In this document: in pieces, positions 1 through 15,025 of the stretch
Position numbering within the stretch: the first letter of the stretch is position 1
Layout of the letters: every line of letters starts with the position of its first letter
NCBI RefSeq assembly: GCF_006345805.1
Contig: NC_043010.1
Coordinates: 6,386,001 to 6,450,000, forward strand
Length of the DNA: 64,000 nucleotides
Direction: 5' to 3'
Origin: Octopus sinensis
Taxonomy: Eukaryota
Program-made: the position numbers and the translations under genes
Notes under the pieces: model-generated
The model's database searches: none
Told to the model about the DNA's origin: nothing
Seen by the model: the letters and a program-made list of their open reading frames with translations, nothing else

Positions 1-420
1 AAATCCTATTTTATTTTTAGAATCAAATATTACAAACACCATCCATGCTGTAATTGTTTTCGTTTCAGCACACGATCTCAGATCAAATCACTTGCTATGC
101 AGGTACATCTCCAAATATTAAGAATTATATTTAAAAAATAGTTAAGATATTTTGTGCATTGTAAAAGTATGAACAGAAATGTTTATGACCAGAAATGTTT
201 ACTTTTGAAATTTAAATTCTTTTCTTCTATTATTCTTTTACTTGTTTCAGTTATTTGACTGTGGTCATGTTGGAGCACTGCCTCAACAAGTGTTAGTTGA
301 AGAAATCAACCCCAGGACTTATTCTTTGCAAGCCTAGTACTTATTCTATTGATCTCTTTTGCCAAACCGCTAAGTTACAAGTACATAAACACACCAGCAT
401 TAACTGTCAAGTGATGGTGG

Positions 421-451
<31 letters not shown>

Positions 452-453
452 CG

Positions 454-504
<51 letters not shown>

Positions 505-600
505 GTGTGTGTGTGTGTGTGTTGTGTGTGTGTGTATGTGTGTGTGTGTGTATGTGTGTGTGTTGTGTGTGTGTTGTGTGTGTGTGTGTATTTCTGTGTG
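421..600. repeat. (CA)/(TG)n microsatellite
   Basis: Direct reading. Confidence 0.95.
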
Positions 601-1777
601 TCTATTACAAGTTTAAAAATTTATTTTCTACCAAAAATGGTAATTTAGCTATTAGATAAAACATAGAATGCTGAAATGCATACCAGACTGAAATATCTAG
701 TGGAGTCGATATCTTTAACTAAAACTTTTAAATGCAATGCTCTAGCATGAACATAGTCCAATGATTGAAAGCAGTAGAAGTATAGGCAGAAACTTAAAAG
801 AGCAAGTTTGATTTCCTTATTCAAATATGCCTTTGTTGTTGACGAAATCTTTAAAATTCCATATGTTCTTGGAAAGGCATGAACAACATGCACTCTTGTT
901 TCTCTTTCACATTCTTCCATGATAAATATGAGTTTTTGTATTTATATAATAAATCAATATTAGATGAAGCACACGTAATTCTGAACTTCAATTAAATTAC
1001 ATTATTCGATGATTACTGGATTGATTACAATTAAATATTACTGGCTCTTCAATCAACAACAATCCCTAGGGTAAATACTTTGCCTGCCCTCCATCTTTTT
1101 TTCAATGGTCGTCTTTCATGAAACTGATGTCATAAGAGCAGAGTTAATTTCCTGCCTATTTAGTTGATAATGCTTAACTGAAGCAATGTGGAACGTATAA
1201 ATGGTTTTAAGGATAACTTAATTTGATCAGTTGTCTTAAACATCTCTTAAATATTCCACATTATGAGATATGCCACAGGAAAATTTTATCAACTATACAA
1301 TTTGGCAATTAGCTAGATGAATGGGTCATTCCCCATAGCATTTTCTTATAAAAGGTCTTAATAGAATTGAATTTGATAAGCTGTAGGTTGTTATATAACT
1401 GCACTTATCACTCCTATTCATATAAGATACACACAACCACAGGATGAAATAGCTTAATAAGAAGCCATCTTAATTAGATTAAGAGTTAAGTGCTATTTCT
1501 TTTAATTATCACCTGTTTTAGTCATCTCAGACCACCGTGAGCCAATGAGGAATCTTCTATATGGTCGTTCAATTTGCTAAAAATAGCAGCCAAGTCTCCT
1601 TCAAAATACACCTAAGACTTAAGATAAGTCTCATGGTGCACTCTTAACTGAAAAAACTGATTGAATGGTCACAAATGGAATGTCTTTGATCATAGATCTG
1701 TTCAGTCAGTGCCTGCTTGGGATTAAACAGTAACAATTTTAACTCTTCTGTCTTATTAAACAGTCTTAGAATAAACT

Positions 1778-1938
1778 TTGGCTGTGTGGTAAATAGCTTG
1801 CTTCCCAACCACATGATTCTGGGTTCAGTCCCACTACGTGTCACCTTGAGTAAGTGTCTTCTACTATAGCCTTGGGCTGACCAAAGTCTTGTGAGTGGAT
1901 TTGGTAGATGAAACTGAATGAAGCCCATTGTATGTATG

Positions 1939-1977
<39 letters not shown>

Positions 1978-2208
1978 ATTTCTTTATTGCCCACAAGGGG
2001 CTATACACAGAGGGGACAAACAAGGACAGACAAATGGATTAAGTCGATTTTATCGATCCCAGTGTGTAACTGGTACTTAATTTATCGAACCCGAAAAGAT
2101 GAAAGGCAAAGTCAACCTTGGTGGAATTTGAACTCAGAACGTAACGACAGATGAAATACTGCTTAGCATTTCACCTGGTGTGCTAACGGTTCTGCCAGCT
2201 CACCGCCG
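1778..2208. mobile_element. 5' half of SINE A (+, 1778-1940) followed by SINE family B (-, 1976-2208)
   Basis: tggctgtgtggtaaatagc head; then family B core (here cccgaaaagatgaaaggcaaagtcaaccttggtggaatttgaactcagaac). Confidence 0.8.
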
Positions 2209-5200
2209 TGTATTTCAGCCACTTTTTTTAATTCATATAATATTAACTTTGTGTTGTAGTTTTTGCTTATGTTTAATGCCAATGACATTAAAACAAAGAG
2301 TTAGAACACAGTTATGTAGCAACCATTATATTATGTTTATACCACAAGCTGTGACGTAGAAATTTCTTTTATAGCAATCTACTTTTGATTAAAGAAATCA
2401 AATCAAATCAAAAATGAACTGTTAAAAATAATTGCTATCCTAATTGAGATTTGATTAAAGTTTCATGCAGAATGTGGAAAGTTGGCGGGGGTGGTGGGGA
2501 GTCAGCTGAATGGCAACAAAAATATTTCCTTTTTATTTTGAAACTGATTAAGGGTTGTTGTTGTTGTTGTTGTTGTTGTTTAGCCCCAGGTCAACCCTGA
2601 TCAAAGAAACCTATGATCGATGGTATTCTAACTATTACCATGTTATATGTTTTTTTTTTCTTTTTTGATGAGAATTTATATAACAATTATTTGTGTTTAA
2701 GTCTAGGTTTTTGGCATGGGTGTGTTGTTAGAAATTTGCTTCCCAACCACATGGTTCCAGGTTCAATCCCACTTGGTTAAGTGTCTTCTACTATAGCCCT
2801 GAGCCAACCAAAGCCTTGTGAGTGGATTTAGTAGAGAGAGACTAAAAGAGATCCATTGCATATAAAAATGTAAGGGTACACGTGCATGTGTTTGTGTCTC
2901 CCTGACTTGACTTCTCATCATAGTGCTAGTGCATGCATATGCAGCTGCGCGCATGTGCACATACATGCGAGTACTGTCCAAATCTCCGACCAATCACATA
3001 CAGCTAGCTGGCATTCAATTGGCGTATCAAGTTTCGAGCATTTTGATTGGGTTTTGGATAGAAAATTCGCAAAAAAGTCACTTCTATTGATTTTTTTAAT
3101 GGCTTGCGGGGTGACTGGGGAAATGTAAAGATGTGCACGACCACCCTTGGACGGTTTTGAATGACCATAGAAAGTGCGAGCCCTCTAACTGAAAAATTGT
3201 GGATTTGTATAAAGGACACACACACACACACACACACACAGACAGATATTTTGCCATTTATATATATAGAGATGAGTGCCACAATCATACAAGTAGTGTC
3301 AATCAGTTTCAATATTCTGCAAGAACATGTCTGGCCATGGAGAAATATTACTTTGCTTGGAAACAGGTGAAGGTTGGCAACAGGAAGAGTATCCAGTCAT
3401 TCAAAAACTGCTCAAACAAATTACATCTGACACATGCAAGCATGGAAAATTGGAAATTAAATGATGTTGATGATAGTGATAATGACAATTATTTCTAACA
3501 GGTTGAATGGCCACATTGTTCTTGATCAGAGTCTTTAGCTCATCTATCCAAAAATGTCACTGAGAAAGGCATGAACACCACAGTTTCTTAAATATTCACT
3601 CCATTTAAAAACCTGTTTTGGTTGTCTTGTGGTAGGTACAGAGTTTTATAATCCACTCGTCCATAGGGTACCAAAATCTGTAATGTGGATTGGGTGGACA
3701 CTTTCTTCTCTGAGCTATAAACAAGAGAAAAAGTTATGTTTGTCACTGCAAATAATTGACTACTCATCCACTTTAGACTACTGTTACTATCTACAGCATT
3801 TTTGTGCTGGTGCCATGTGAAAGGTACTCAGGCCACTCTGTAAAGTGGTTGGTATTGGAAGGACATCCAGTAACAAAAACTCAGCAGAAAGAGACCTCAC
3901 CAGTGCTGGGGCCATGTGAAAAGCAGTCAGTCCACTCTGTAAGGTGGTTGGTGTTAGGAAGGCCGACCAGCCATAAAAAACATGCCAAAACAAGAAAGTG
4001 AAGCTGAATACAGTTTTTTGGCTTGCCAGTTCCCATTAGGTTGTCCAACCCATTCCAGCATGGAAAACTGATGTTAAGTGGTGATGATGATGATGATGAT
4101 GATGAAGATGTAGTAGTTGTCTATAGCAAGGAGATAAAGACCATTTGAGAATTATCCGGACATCCACAATGACAGCATATGAACAGCCCATCCTTCCACA
4201 AGGGCTCCAACCTTTTAGCTCTCTTCCTACATTTACAAGAAACCAATTATGTAAATGTAAACTATTTTGGAGTAATCTGAAAAGAATGCCCAGGAAATTA
4301 TCTAAAAACTCCAAAGAGGAATTTTTTTAGGTTGGTGATTAGATTCTTTACTCAGAAGCTAATTTTTGGCGATGTGTGTGTCTATCAAAACCGGTAGGTG
4401 TCTCAAAACAGCATTTTAATTCTTTCTCACAACATTTCCCATCATGAAAACGTGAAATTTTTTCTTATTATTCTTTTGATAATATTATATATAAAACCTG
4501 ATATTAATTCAGAACTACTAAACAATCTATTAGTTTTAGAATACATTTTTTTTGTTCATCTCCCCATGATATACATGAAAGCATGTTCAGACCCGATTAC
4601 ATTGTTCTACGTATCTGCAATGAATTTAGTTGGAATTTCTCTCTTTCAACCTCGTAACTCATCTGTTGATGTTAAAACAACCTTATTTCACTAATAGCAC
4701 AGCTTGATGATTTTCCACTATTTCATCTGCTGCTATTATTTAGCATTAACTATATTTGACAACAAAAATTTCTCTCCTCTTTTTCCTTTCATTCATTCAT
4801 TAAGTAATGGCTCATTGTGCCAGCACCTTTGTATTGCATGTATTGCACGAAAAGTCACTTCAAGTAACCCTCCATGTCAATAATGTAAAATGTGATGGGA
4901 AGAAGAGAAGAAAAGAGAGGAAAGAAAGAAAGAAAGGAACAAAAAAGAAACTCTGTTTATCATTCTTGAACACTTTTCTTGAAACATGCCTCTGATAAAT
5001 AAATCAGAGATTTTTAGTGAATGGAAAAAGCTGAAGTTTGTTGTCTCCAAAACTGTTAGCGTAAGATTTCTTTTTAATTTCTTAATGGTGTTTGCTTGCT
5101 ATCTTATGTATGCACTCAAATATACCTCATTGTCCATTCTTTATAAATAAGGAATGGTGTTGGCCAGTTTAACTTGCCTTTAAATGTAATTCTCTTTGGA

Positions 5201-5728
5201 ATGTTGCACCATTGATTGGTTACAAAGGTAATAGGGGTACAGCCTGGAGACATGTATCTTATAATAAAGAAATAAGGAAGTAGACAGTTTTTAAGACATC
5301 ATGTTTTAGTAAATATTCTAATAAACAATGAATTACATTGACCTCTTTCCTCTGCATCATTGCTTTATTTTTTTTTAAATCACTTTAAATCAATGTAGAG
5401 TACATATCCAGTTCATACTATATCTGTCATTGTTGTTTAGCCCTAGGTCAGCCGTGACTGAGCAGACCTATAATCTAAAATGTTCCAGCCATGACTATTC
5501 CAACTTTTTTTCAGGCCTCATATATCAAAGACTACATCGTCTTATATAGTCTTAAATAAATATCTTCCTAAAGAAAGTAAGGAATAAGAATTGTCAACCA
5601 CTTGAAAAATAGGCTACTTATGTGTGATTTGAGGGGGATTGTTTTCTGCTATTTCTTGCAGGCAGAGTAACTATGTTGAGCAGTGGTTTCCAAAGTTTCT
5701 GTGACCTTGTCACCATATCTCCATATGC

Positions 5729-5955
5729 TTAACCCTATAGTGTTCGCATTATTCTACCAAAATTAATCCTTTTTAACCCAATTGTTTTGAACTAATCATG
5801 CATTATCTTGTAGCGATGAGATTTTGATGAGGTTGCTGTTAATTTTTAAAACGATATTGTAGGGTTGGTGTGAGAGACCAGATCTGGCCAGTTTGACCAT
5901 AAAACAGGCAGAATACTTTTGGCGGATATGGCCGGTTTAGATGCTAAAGGGTTAA
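5729..5955. mobile_element. piggyBac-type MITE
   Basis: TTAA|CCCTATAG ... CTAAAGGG|TTAA termini (TTAA target, short TIR); partial second copy at about 49780-49887. Confidence 0.8.
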
Positions 5956-6416
5956 GGTACACCACAACCTTGTTTTACTTCAACAGAGAAAATATAAACT
6001 TGAACAGTAGCCGTCTCAAACTAATATTTAAGACATGTGCTAAGGTATCATGAAACACTGGAGGAAACCACAGACGGAGAAACTTTCTCGTTTTGCATTT
6101 AAGAATGGTGGGAAACAATTATGAAGTGACTCTTCCCTATTTTGAGAATGTATTTGATTCAGGATATTTATGGTATCTTGACTAATAATCATTATGTAAT
6201 TATGGTATCTTGACTAATAATAATTCCCAATCATCTAATTCAGAGATATGTTAATGAGTGCAGGCATAGCTGTGTGTAACTTTGTTACAATATAGATCCA
6301 AGTTCAAATCTCCTATATGGCATTTTGAGCAAATGACCTCTACAATAATCTCATGTAGACCAATGACGCCTGAGCGGAATTTGGTAGACAGAAACTATGC
6401 AGAGGCCTATCATATA

Positions 6417-6448
<32 letters not shown>

Positions 6449-7095
6449 CATCTGTACACACGTAAACATAACTACACATACTTTGCTTTTCATTCTTTCA
6501 GAGTTGTTGAAATAATTACCATTTGAGCATGTGTGTGTGTGTGCATGTGCTTGCATGCATGCATGCATATGTGTGTGTATGTGTGTGTGTGTGTGTGTGT
6601 GTGCGTGCACATGTGTGCATTGTTAGAGCATTAAATAAAATGCCTTGTGATATTTGTTCTGATTCTCTGTGCTCTCATCTTTTTGGGGTCCATTTGGATC
6701 CATTGGATAAAATAAAATTGGGTACAATGGATTTGTGGAACTGTAAGAGCATCAGATTTGAAGTATTTGTTCCACTTCATCCATTGTAATGTGAGTTCAA
6801 ATCTTGCCATGGTCAATTTGGATTGTATAATTAATCCAATCTCCTAGATTAAACCCAACACCTGGCACTTTTGAGTCCTTTAGAAGAGTCTACTCTGTTG
6901 TAAGCATTTAGGTCTGATGTCTGATTCGAAAATACCATAATCCTTCCTTCCTAGCTGTCTAAAATGCTCAAATGGTACTTATTTCATCAACTCTGAAAAG
7001 ATGAAAAGCAAAGCTGACCTTGGCGGAATTTGAAATCAGAACATAGATACTACTAAGCATTTTGTTTTGGCATGCAAACAATTCTGTCAGCTCAC

Positions 7096-7128
<33 letters not shown>

Positions 7129-7325
7129 TGTCACACATTGTCGATGTGAGAACCATTACTACCCATGTATTTTAATTTAACTTTATTTCTATAAAAAAAA
7201 AAATGAACGAACTAGTGAGTTTAGTTTAATGGCCTACCAATGTATACAATGAGTTTCTTCGCCCTAGGAGTCGGGAAGACACTCGGCAAGAAATGGAAGC
7301 AAATTTGAAAGAAGAAGAAAAACCC

Positions 7326-7381
<56 letters not shown>

Positions 7382-9077
7382 AGTAATACAAGAGAAGTAT
7401 GTGAATGCTTGTATTTGTGATTATTATGCACCTTATTTATATATGAAATACTACACTTAGCCATCATTTTTGACTGCATGGGGCCAGCTAGTAATGATAA
7501 TAATTTTAGCACAAGGCCAGTAATTTTCAGTGGGTTGGGAAGCTGATTACATTGAGCCCAGTACTTGACTGGTATTTATTTTATTGACCCTAAGAGGATT
7601 AAAGGCAAAGTCCAACTTCTGCAGTAATTGAACTCAGAATGTAAAATGCCCGAAGAAATGCTACAATGCATCAAGGATTCTGCCAGCTCACTGCCTTTAT
7701 GATGATGATGATGTGATGATGATGATGATGGTAGTGGTGGTGATGACGATGATGATAAATAATATATACAAGCAATATGTGTGTTTTTTTTATTGGCAAA
7801 ATGACCCTCCCAAGCATTTCACATCAAGAATCTTGTAGAACAAATGCAAAAAACAAAATCTATTCAAATACTGCAAAGAAGCATAATATCAAAAATATAA
7901 TAATGCAACATGTAAAATAAAATATAAAATTCACTACTTAATACTAAAATACAACTATGAAATGTGATATAATCAGACGTCCATAGTTTTAATCCATGTA
8001 ATCAATCTTCACTATCAACAAACATTACAAGAAATCCTCAAATTTATGCAGAAAAAAGTAAAATTTTTCAGGAGGAAATGTCTCATTATCCTTATTATTG
8101 TTTTTTCATCCATTTTTCAAGCATGCAATATGTTAGATTATCTTTTTTTCTTTTTCTTTTTTTTTACCCTGTGATTTCCTCTTTTCCTATTTTCTACTGC
8201 ATGAAGGAAATGACTAAGGTTCAGTTTGATGAAGTGGAGTGATCATACACTCTGTTCAACTCATATCAGAATAGAAAAACAAAATTTAGAAAAATGTCTT
8301 TAATGATGATAATAAGCAGTTTCCTAAAAGATCATGTATTTTTGTATTTTATGTAATTTTTATTTTTAATGTAACATCGAAGAATAATATTCATGCTCTG
8401 TGTTTTTATGACATTTGCGTAAAAGAAAACCCTGTACATGTTGGTCACAAATTATTTATTGCCTTTTAAGCAAGTTATATATTATTCAAGATTTATTTTT
8501 ATGACTAAAAATTTGAACTCTATTAGAGATTTGAGAAATCCCACTTGAAAATGTGATTTAAGCAAATATGGTAAATACTGCCTAAAATATCAACTTCTTT
8601 TTTTTACATTATATTGAAACATTCATAGGAATATAACTGATATTTAAGAGAATATTAATGTAAGAAATGTAATAGTATGATGTTAATACAATGATATTAC
8701 ATATAACATTATATAGTACACAGAGAAAAAAAGAGTAATTTCAACAATGTGTGTGTAAGTTTAACTAAAATATATAATTTCTTCTGCTTAAATATCCCTG
8801 ATGTAACCATCTCCTCTTATTACTTTAATACGTCTTAATGTGTCTTACATAGGAAATGATGGAGAGGGCACCCTGCCTCTACACTTCTTACTCAGAATTG
8901 CATCACTTTGAAACACCATTACTTGATGATATTTTAATCTCTGACAACAAATCTACAAGAATTCAGGTGGAATTATTAACTTCTCGCTTACTTAATATTT
9001 TTTCCTAAATGATTATGAACCTGTACAAATTTAAGCAAAGTATTAACTTTTCTTGTCTATCACTTGTTTTTTTTTTC

Positions 9078-9482
9078 TCTTTTCTCTTTTACTTGTTTCA
9101 ATCATTTGACTGCGGCCATGCTGGAGCACCGCCTTTAGTCGAGCAAATCGACCCCGGGACTTATTCTTTGTAAGCCCAGTACTTATTCTTTCGATCTCTT
9201 TTGCCGAACCGCTTAGTGACGGGGACATAAACACACCAGCATCGGTTGTCAAGCAATGCTAGGGGGACAAACACAGACACACAAACACATACACACACAT
9301 ATATATATATATATACATATATACGACAGGCTTCTTTCAGTTTCCGTCTACCAAATCCACTCACAAGGCATTGGTTGGCCTGGGGCTATAGCAGAAGACA
9401 CTTGCCCAAGATGCCACGCAGTGGGACTGAACCTGGAACCATGTGGTTGGTTAGCAAGCTACTTACCACACAGCCACTCCTG
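9078..9482 (-). mobile_element. tRNA-derived SINE family A, full length
   Basis: Head ggagtggctgtgtggtaag (A box) and gggttcagtccc-type B box, internal TA/TG microsatellite, AG-rich tail; nine near-identical copies in the window. Confidence 0.9.
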
Positions 9483-9599
9483 TTTATATATTTCTGATTA
9501 CAAACTTACAAGAATTTTAACAGGAGAGCATCTTTTTACTTGTCTATTGCTTGTCTGTATTTTTCTATCTCACTATAAACCAGCAAGAATTTAAATGAG

Positions 9600-10080
9600 A
9601 GAATGAAGAAAGCCTTTTCTATGGAATATCTTATTCTGTGATATCTTCATGAAAACTAAGGACAAATCTGAAGAAATAAGATGGACATCTGCAGCATTGG
9701 GTCACTGAACTGAAAGCCATGACAAAATCATTAAAAACTGTGTATAGAGAATGACATTAGTTTGAATAAATTTTCTGGATCTAGCTTAAGAAAAAGATCA
9801 TATTGGCTATACCATTATCAGATTTAATGTCACAATGGCTTAACTGTAGTGTCCATTTAACAGTGGTAATCAGTCTAATATTTTTTGTAAGATTTCCTCC
9901 AGCAATGGTGTGAAGGCTAATAACACGGTAGTGTTAACATGTGTATTCTCCATTTCAAATATCATTATAACAACACTATCTTTCAAATCTACCAGTATAT
10001 TGCCTTGTGACCAAATATGGAGGATGAGGTCATAACTCTTAGCTTGGCTGTAGTTCTACTCCAGTTTCATAAATGGTCTG
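9600..10080 (-). mobile_element. Decayed RTE-like reverse transcriptase fragment
   Basis: Broken frames IWSQGNILVDLKDSVV, HYRVISLHTIAG and LYTVFNDFVMAFSSV resemble the NYRGISLLSIAGK and LYMVFIDLTKAFDTV motifs. Confidence 0.6.
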
Positions 10081-10733
10081 CCTCTCCAGTGATTACAACA
10101 AAAAGTGTTTCACTTGGTACAATCAACCAAACAGCCTGCTTCTGAAAATTAGCATGCAATTGAATTGGCTGTGTATTCCATAGACATGTATACACACTTA
10201 ACGTAGTTCTCAGATAGATTCATTGTGACACAGAGAGTAGGACAAGGCCGACCCTTTGAATTACCAGTTCAGCTTATTTTTGCCAGCTGAGCGGACTGAA
10301 GCAATAAGAAATAAAGTGTCTTGCTCAAGGACACAGGAACTGAAATTAGGACCTTATGATAGGGAGCCAAATACCCTAATCACTAAGTCAAGTGCCTTCT
10401 CAGTTCCATGAATTCATCCAGAAATAAAACATCTGGTGAGGTTTATGTAGCCAAACCTATCAAAATATGAATACATATGAATATTAAAATATTGTTCATC
10501 TATAAAGATAAAGGTAATAGTCCTGAAAAATTATAATTGTTTGTGTGTGTATGTGTGTGCCTGCATAAACATACACAGAACACATACATATATGCACAAC
10601 TCTGTAATATATATATATATTAAATTAGAGATAAAAACACTATTAGGCAAATCAATTTAATTATATATATAATTATACTATAAAATTAGATTTAATCCTA
10701 AATCTTAATTTTCCTGTAAGTTGGATTTACTCA

Positions 10734-10805
<72 letters not shown>

Positions 10806-11239
10806 ATATATATATATGTGTATGTATGTATGTATATATATATATTCAAGAAACTAATTTTTGCTGTAAATAGTTGCAGGAGATCGAATCGTTGTAGCAA
10901 TGGTTACAGCAGTCAATAAAGGGGTGAAACTGCTACTAATCTCAGTTGTTAGCCATTTTAAACGAATATTAAAGGGACTTTTAAATCACCTTGTATATAT
11001 ATATATATATATTATATATATATATATATGCATGTATGCATGTGTGTGTGCGTTTTCAGCAGTTAGAATTATTATAGTCCAGATATTGATTTGTTCCTAG
11101 TATATATGGAGCCTTAAATATGGAATCTAATGGATAGTGCTGTTACTGTTATTGTTACTATTAAAGTTCTTCTTGAACCTTTTTTAATTCAAGACCTATG
11201 GAAAAAATATGAGGAAGAAGTTTAAAGGGCTGACATTCT

Positions 11240-11800
11240 TAGAAAGAAGGACTGAGTATACTGGTTATTGCAGAGCCTGAGGGGTAATGTAGGTGGGGTC
11301 TGCTATTGCTGGACCCGATAAGTGTAATGAGAATAAAAGACAAGGGTTGGAGTGGAATGCTTGAACCCAGCTGGAGCCTAGGTGCAGGGGACATTATACA
11401 AGTGGAAATAACAAGGGATAGGAGACAGAGCACCTGCAGGCTAGATACTAGAGGTGAGCCAGAGGGTGGAGGTGGGCCAAAGGTGAGCTAGAGGTGGGCC
11501 AAAGGCTGGAGGTGGCTCAGAGGCTGGAGGTGGGTCAGAGGCTGGAGAGTCTGTAAGTGAATTTATGTTGATGAATTTAGATTGCCCTTTTCTGAATGCA
11601 GTCTAGGATGTTGCCAAGTGTTGCAGACACAAGGTCTCCTTCATGTATGAGCAATACCCCGGTGTAAGCCTGACATGAGTTTGGTTGAGTATGAATAATT
11701 ATTGGAGGATTATGTATCACTTGATTCTAATGAGAAAGAATAGTCATTTAGATGGTGATTTAGCTATGTTAAAGATGTGCGTGCACTGATATAGATTCCC
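11240..11800 (-). mobile_element. Decayed CR1/Jockey-like LINE 3' portion with internal minisatellite
   Basis: Minus frame ILDCIQKRAI*FININSLTDS then LQPL resembles LDRIQRRAIRLI...LTDSLQPLAH. Confidence 0.5.
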
Positions 11801-11869
11801 AGAAATAGTGTGATCTGGTGTACGATAAAATATGGAATCTCAGAAAACAAATGCAAAAATATATATATG

Positions 11870-11917
11870 TATGCACATATATGCTTATATATGTATATAT
11901 ATATACATACATATATA

Positions 11918-11948
<31 letters not shown>

Positions 11949-12701
11949 TTATATATATATATATATAAATACATAAATATGTATATATATTACATATATA
12001 TATATATAATATATATAGTATATAGATATATATATATATATATATTATAATATATATATATATATATATGAAGTTTGCTTCTCAACCAGATGATTTATTT
12101 CATTCCCACTGCATGGCACCTTGCGAAAAATTTCTTCTACTATATCCAAGAGACTTGCCCAAGGTGTCATATTGTGGGACTGGTTGGGCAGCAAACTTCA
12201 TATCACACAGCCATTCCTGCATCTGTGTATCAGCAGCAATTAATCCATATGAAATTAAGAATCTGATAATAAATTCATTTGTCAAGAAGAGTATAGAACA
12301 TTCTTAGACACTAGTCATTTCTCTGAGAGGGAGAAAGAGAGAATGAAAATGGTGTTTCTGCTTGGAATGTGGACAACCTTAACTATAGTATTCCTGTGTC
12401 TCTCACTAACCAGTCTTATGGTTGTAAGTAGTTTACTTTGTTTTAACCAGCTTGGGTAAGTCCAGGGTGGAGCGCTGCCTTCAGTTATACACTCATAATA
12501 AGAACAATGTATACAAATTCATAGCTGCTTTATATAGGTATTTAAGAATTTCCTTAGCAAAAAAAAAAGAAAACTTTCAGTGAAGAGCTCAATTTTTATG
12601 TATGAACATATATATACATACATACATACATACATACATACTATATATATATATAAATATATGTGTATATATATATATATATTATATATATAATAAATAT
12701 A

Positions 12702-12749
<48 letters not shown>

Positions 12750-13617
12750 ACATATATATATATATATATATATCGTTATGTACATATATATTTGTTTTGA
12801 AGTGATAATTCGTGCCATCTCTACTCAAAATTCCTTGCTGTGTATGAACCTGCCGGCAACAATAAGATAAATACACACTCTCTATCTCTCTCCCTCACAT
12901 ACACACACACACTTTTATGTACGTGAATATGTGTGTGTGTGTGTGTGAGTGTATGTATGCATTTATGTAAACATATCTATATTCATTTATACACTTACAT
13001 ACGCAGAAGATTTTACAAATGTAATATTTCACCGCAATTTCATGCGTCTTCACTGACTATATATATTTGTGAAGATGTTGCTTTGTCTCTAATAACCACA
13101 AAATTTATTGATGTAATGGTAGTCATGTTCAATACTTAATACGGTGATGACATTAGATATATACCTCTTGTACTGCTATCTCAAAGGAAATGCAAGATCT
13201 ATAAGCAGTTTGGAACCCACCCCCTCAGGGTTTGAAAGATGTAAGAAGTAAGCAACCAATTGAGGTAAGTTTCAGGTGATCAATACTTGTTTCAAATCTT
13301 TGAAGGTCAAGTATTGATGGGAAAACATCTCCAGGGAGATTATTTCTCTCTCTTTCGGATATATATATATATATATACACACATGTATATGTACATATAT
13401 ATATATATATACATACATATATATACGTACATATATCTATACATATATATGTGTGTGTGTCTATATATATATATCTACATATACGTACATATATCTATAC
13501 ATATATATGTGTGTGGTCTATATATATATATCTACATATACATACATATTTATATACACACACATATATATATACATAATAGAAATATGCAGATATAATA
13601 TATATATTATATATATA

Positions 13618-13648
<31 letters not shown>

Positions 13649-13693
13649 GAAATACACTATATAGAATTTATGCATAAATATATATCTATAATT

Positions 13694-13738
<45 letters not shown>

Positions 13739-14381
13739 CTTATATGTGTGTGCATATGTAAGTGTATATATATATATATGTGTGTGATCATGTGAGTATA
13801 TGAGTGTGTACGAATTGTCTCTTTAAGTGCTGAAGGAGAAAGAAATTGCATAGATATTTAAACTACACATACAAGCATTACAAAACATGGTGAGTATTAT
13901 GGCTTAGCCTGAGAGGAAGGAGATATTGTGATAAATTAAGAGAGGCCACTAAAGTGTAGGCCTAGAGAACAGAGATAGCTAGGCCAATGTACTGAGGCAG
14001 TTTTGTAGCATTAATCATTGATTTATGGAGAGACATTGAAGAAAAATTAAACCTCTTTATCTGAATGGAATTGCGATGCGTTACTCTGCACTGAAGTCAA
14101 CTTCTTAGACCTCGGTTAGACATTTAAATTACTGATAACTCTTTGGATAAAGTTAATCTTAGCTTGAACCTTGCATTTACTAGAAGGTTTCTTTTGCATT
14201 TTATCTGGCTTTGCTTCATATTAAAAATTGTGCTATCTTAAGAATCATACTGACATGATTACTCTGGAATACACACGTGTGTATGTGTATACACACACAT
14301 ATATGTATACTATAAATCTGTGTGTGTATACATAGTATAATATTGATATATATATATATGCTGTTGTATGTGAATATATGC

Positions 14382-14413
<32 letters not shown>

Positions 14414-15025
14414 ATGTATATATATATATATATATATAAATATACACACATATATATACACACACAACTATAAAATTTTATGCAGAGCTAAATTCATACC
14501 CACACACTTAGAAGTATATAGATACATATGAGCATGTGGTGTTAGTGTTTGTGATATAAATACATATGTACATACACATACATATATGTATGTGTGTGTG
14601 TGCGTGTGTGTATGTGCATATATATAATATATATAATATATATATATAATATGGATATAATATATAATATGTATATATAATATATATTATATAATATGTA
14701 TATATATAGAATATATATATAATATGTATCTATATATAATATATTCCATCTGACATAAGTCTGTGGATAGTGGCGGTATTATTCTTAGTAGTGGTTAATA
14801 AATACACACTTCTCCACATTGCTCTTGTCACCTCACATACGTACATACATACATACAGGTACATACATACATACATACATGCATACATACGTACATACAT
14901 AAATACATACATACATGCATACATACATACATACATACATACATACATACATACATACATACAATACATACGTATATACATACAAACATATGTACATACA
15001 TACATGCATACATACATATATATAC
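11870..15025. repeat. Cluster of (TA)n, (TG)n and (TACA)n microsatellites
   Basis: Blocks near 11870-12068, 12600-12775, 13350-13790, 14280-14745, 14835-15025. Confidence 0.9.
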
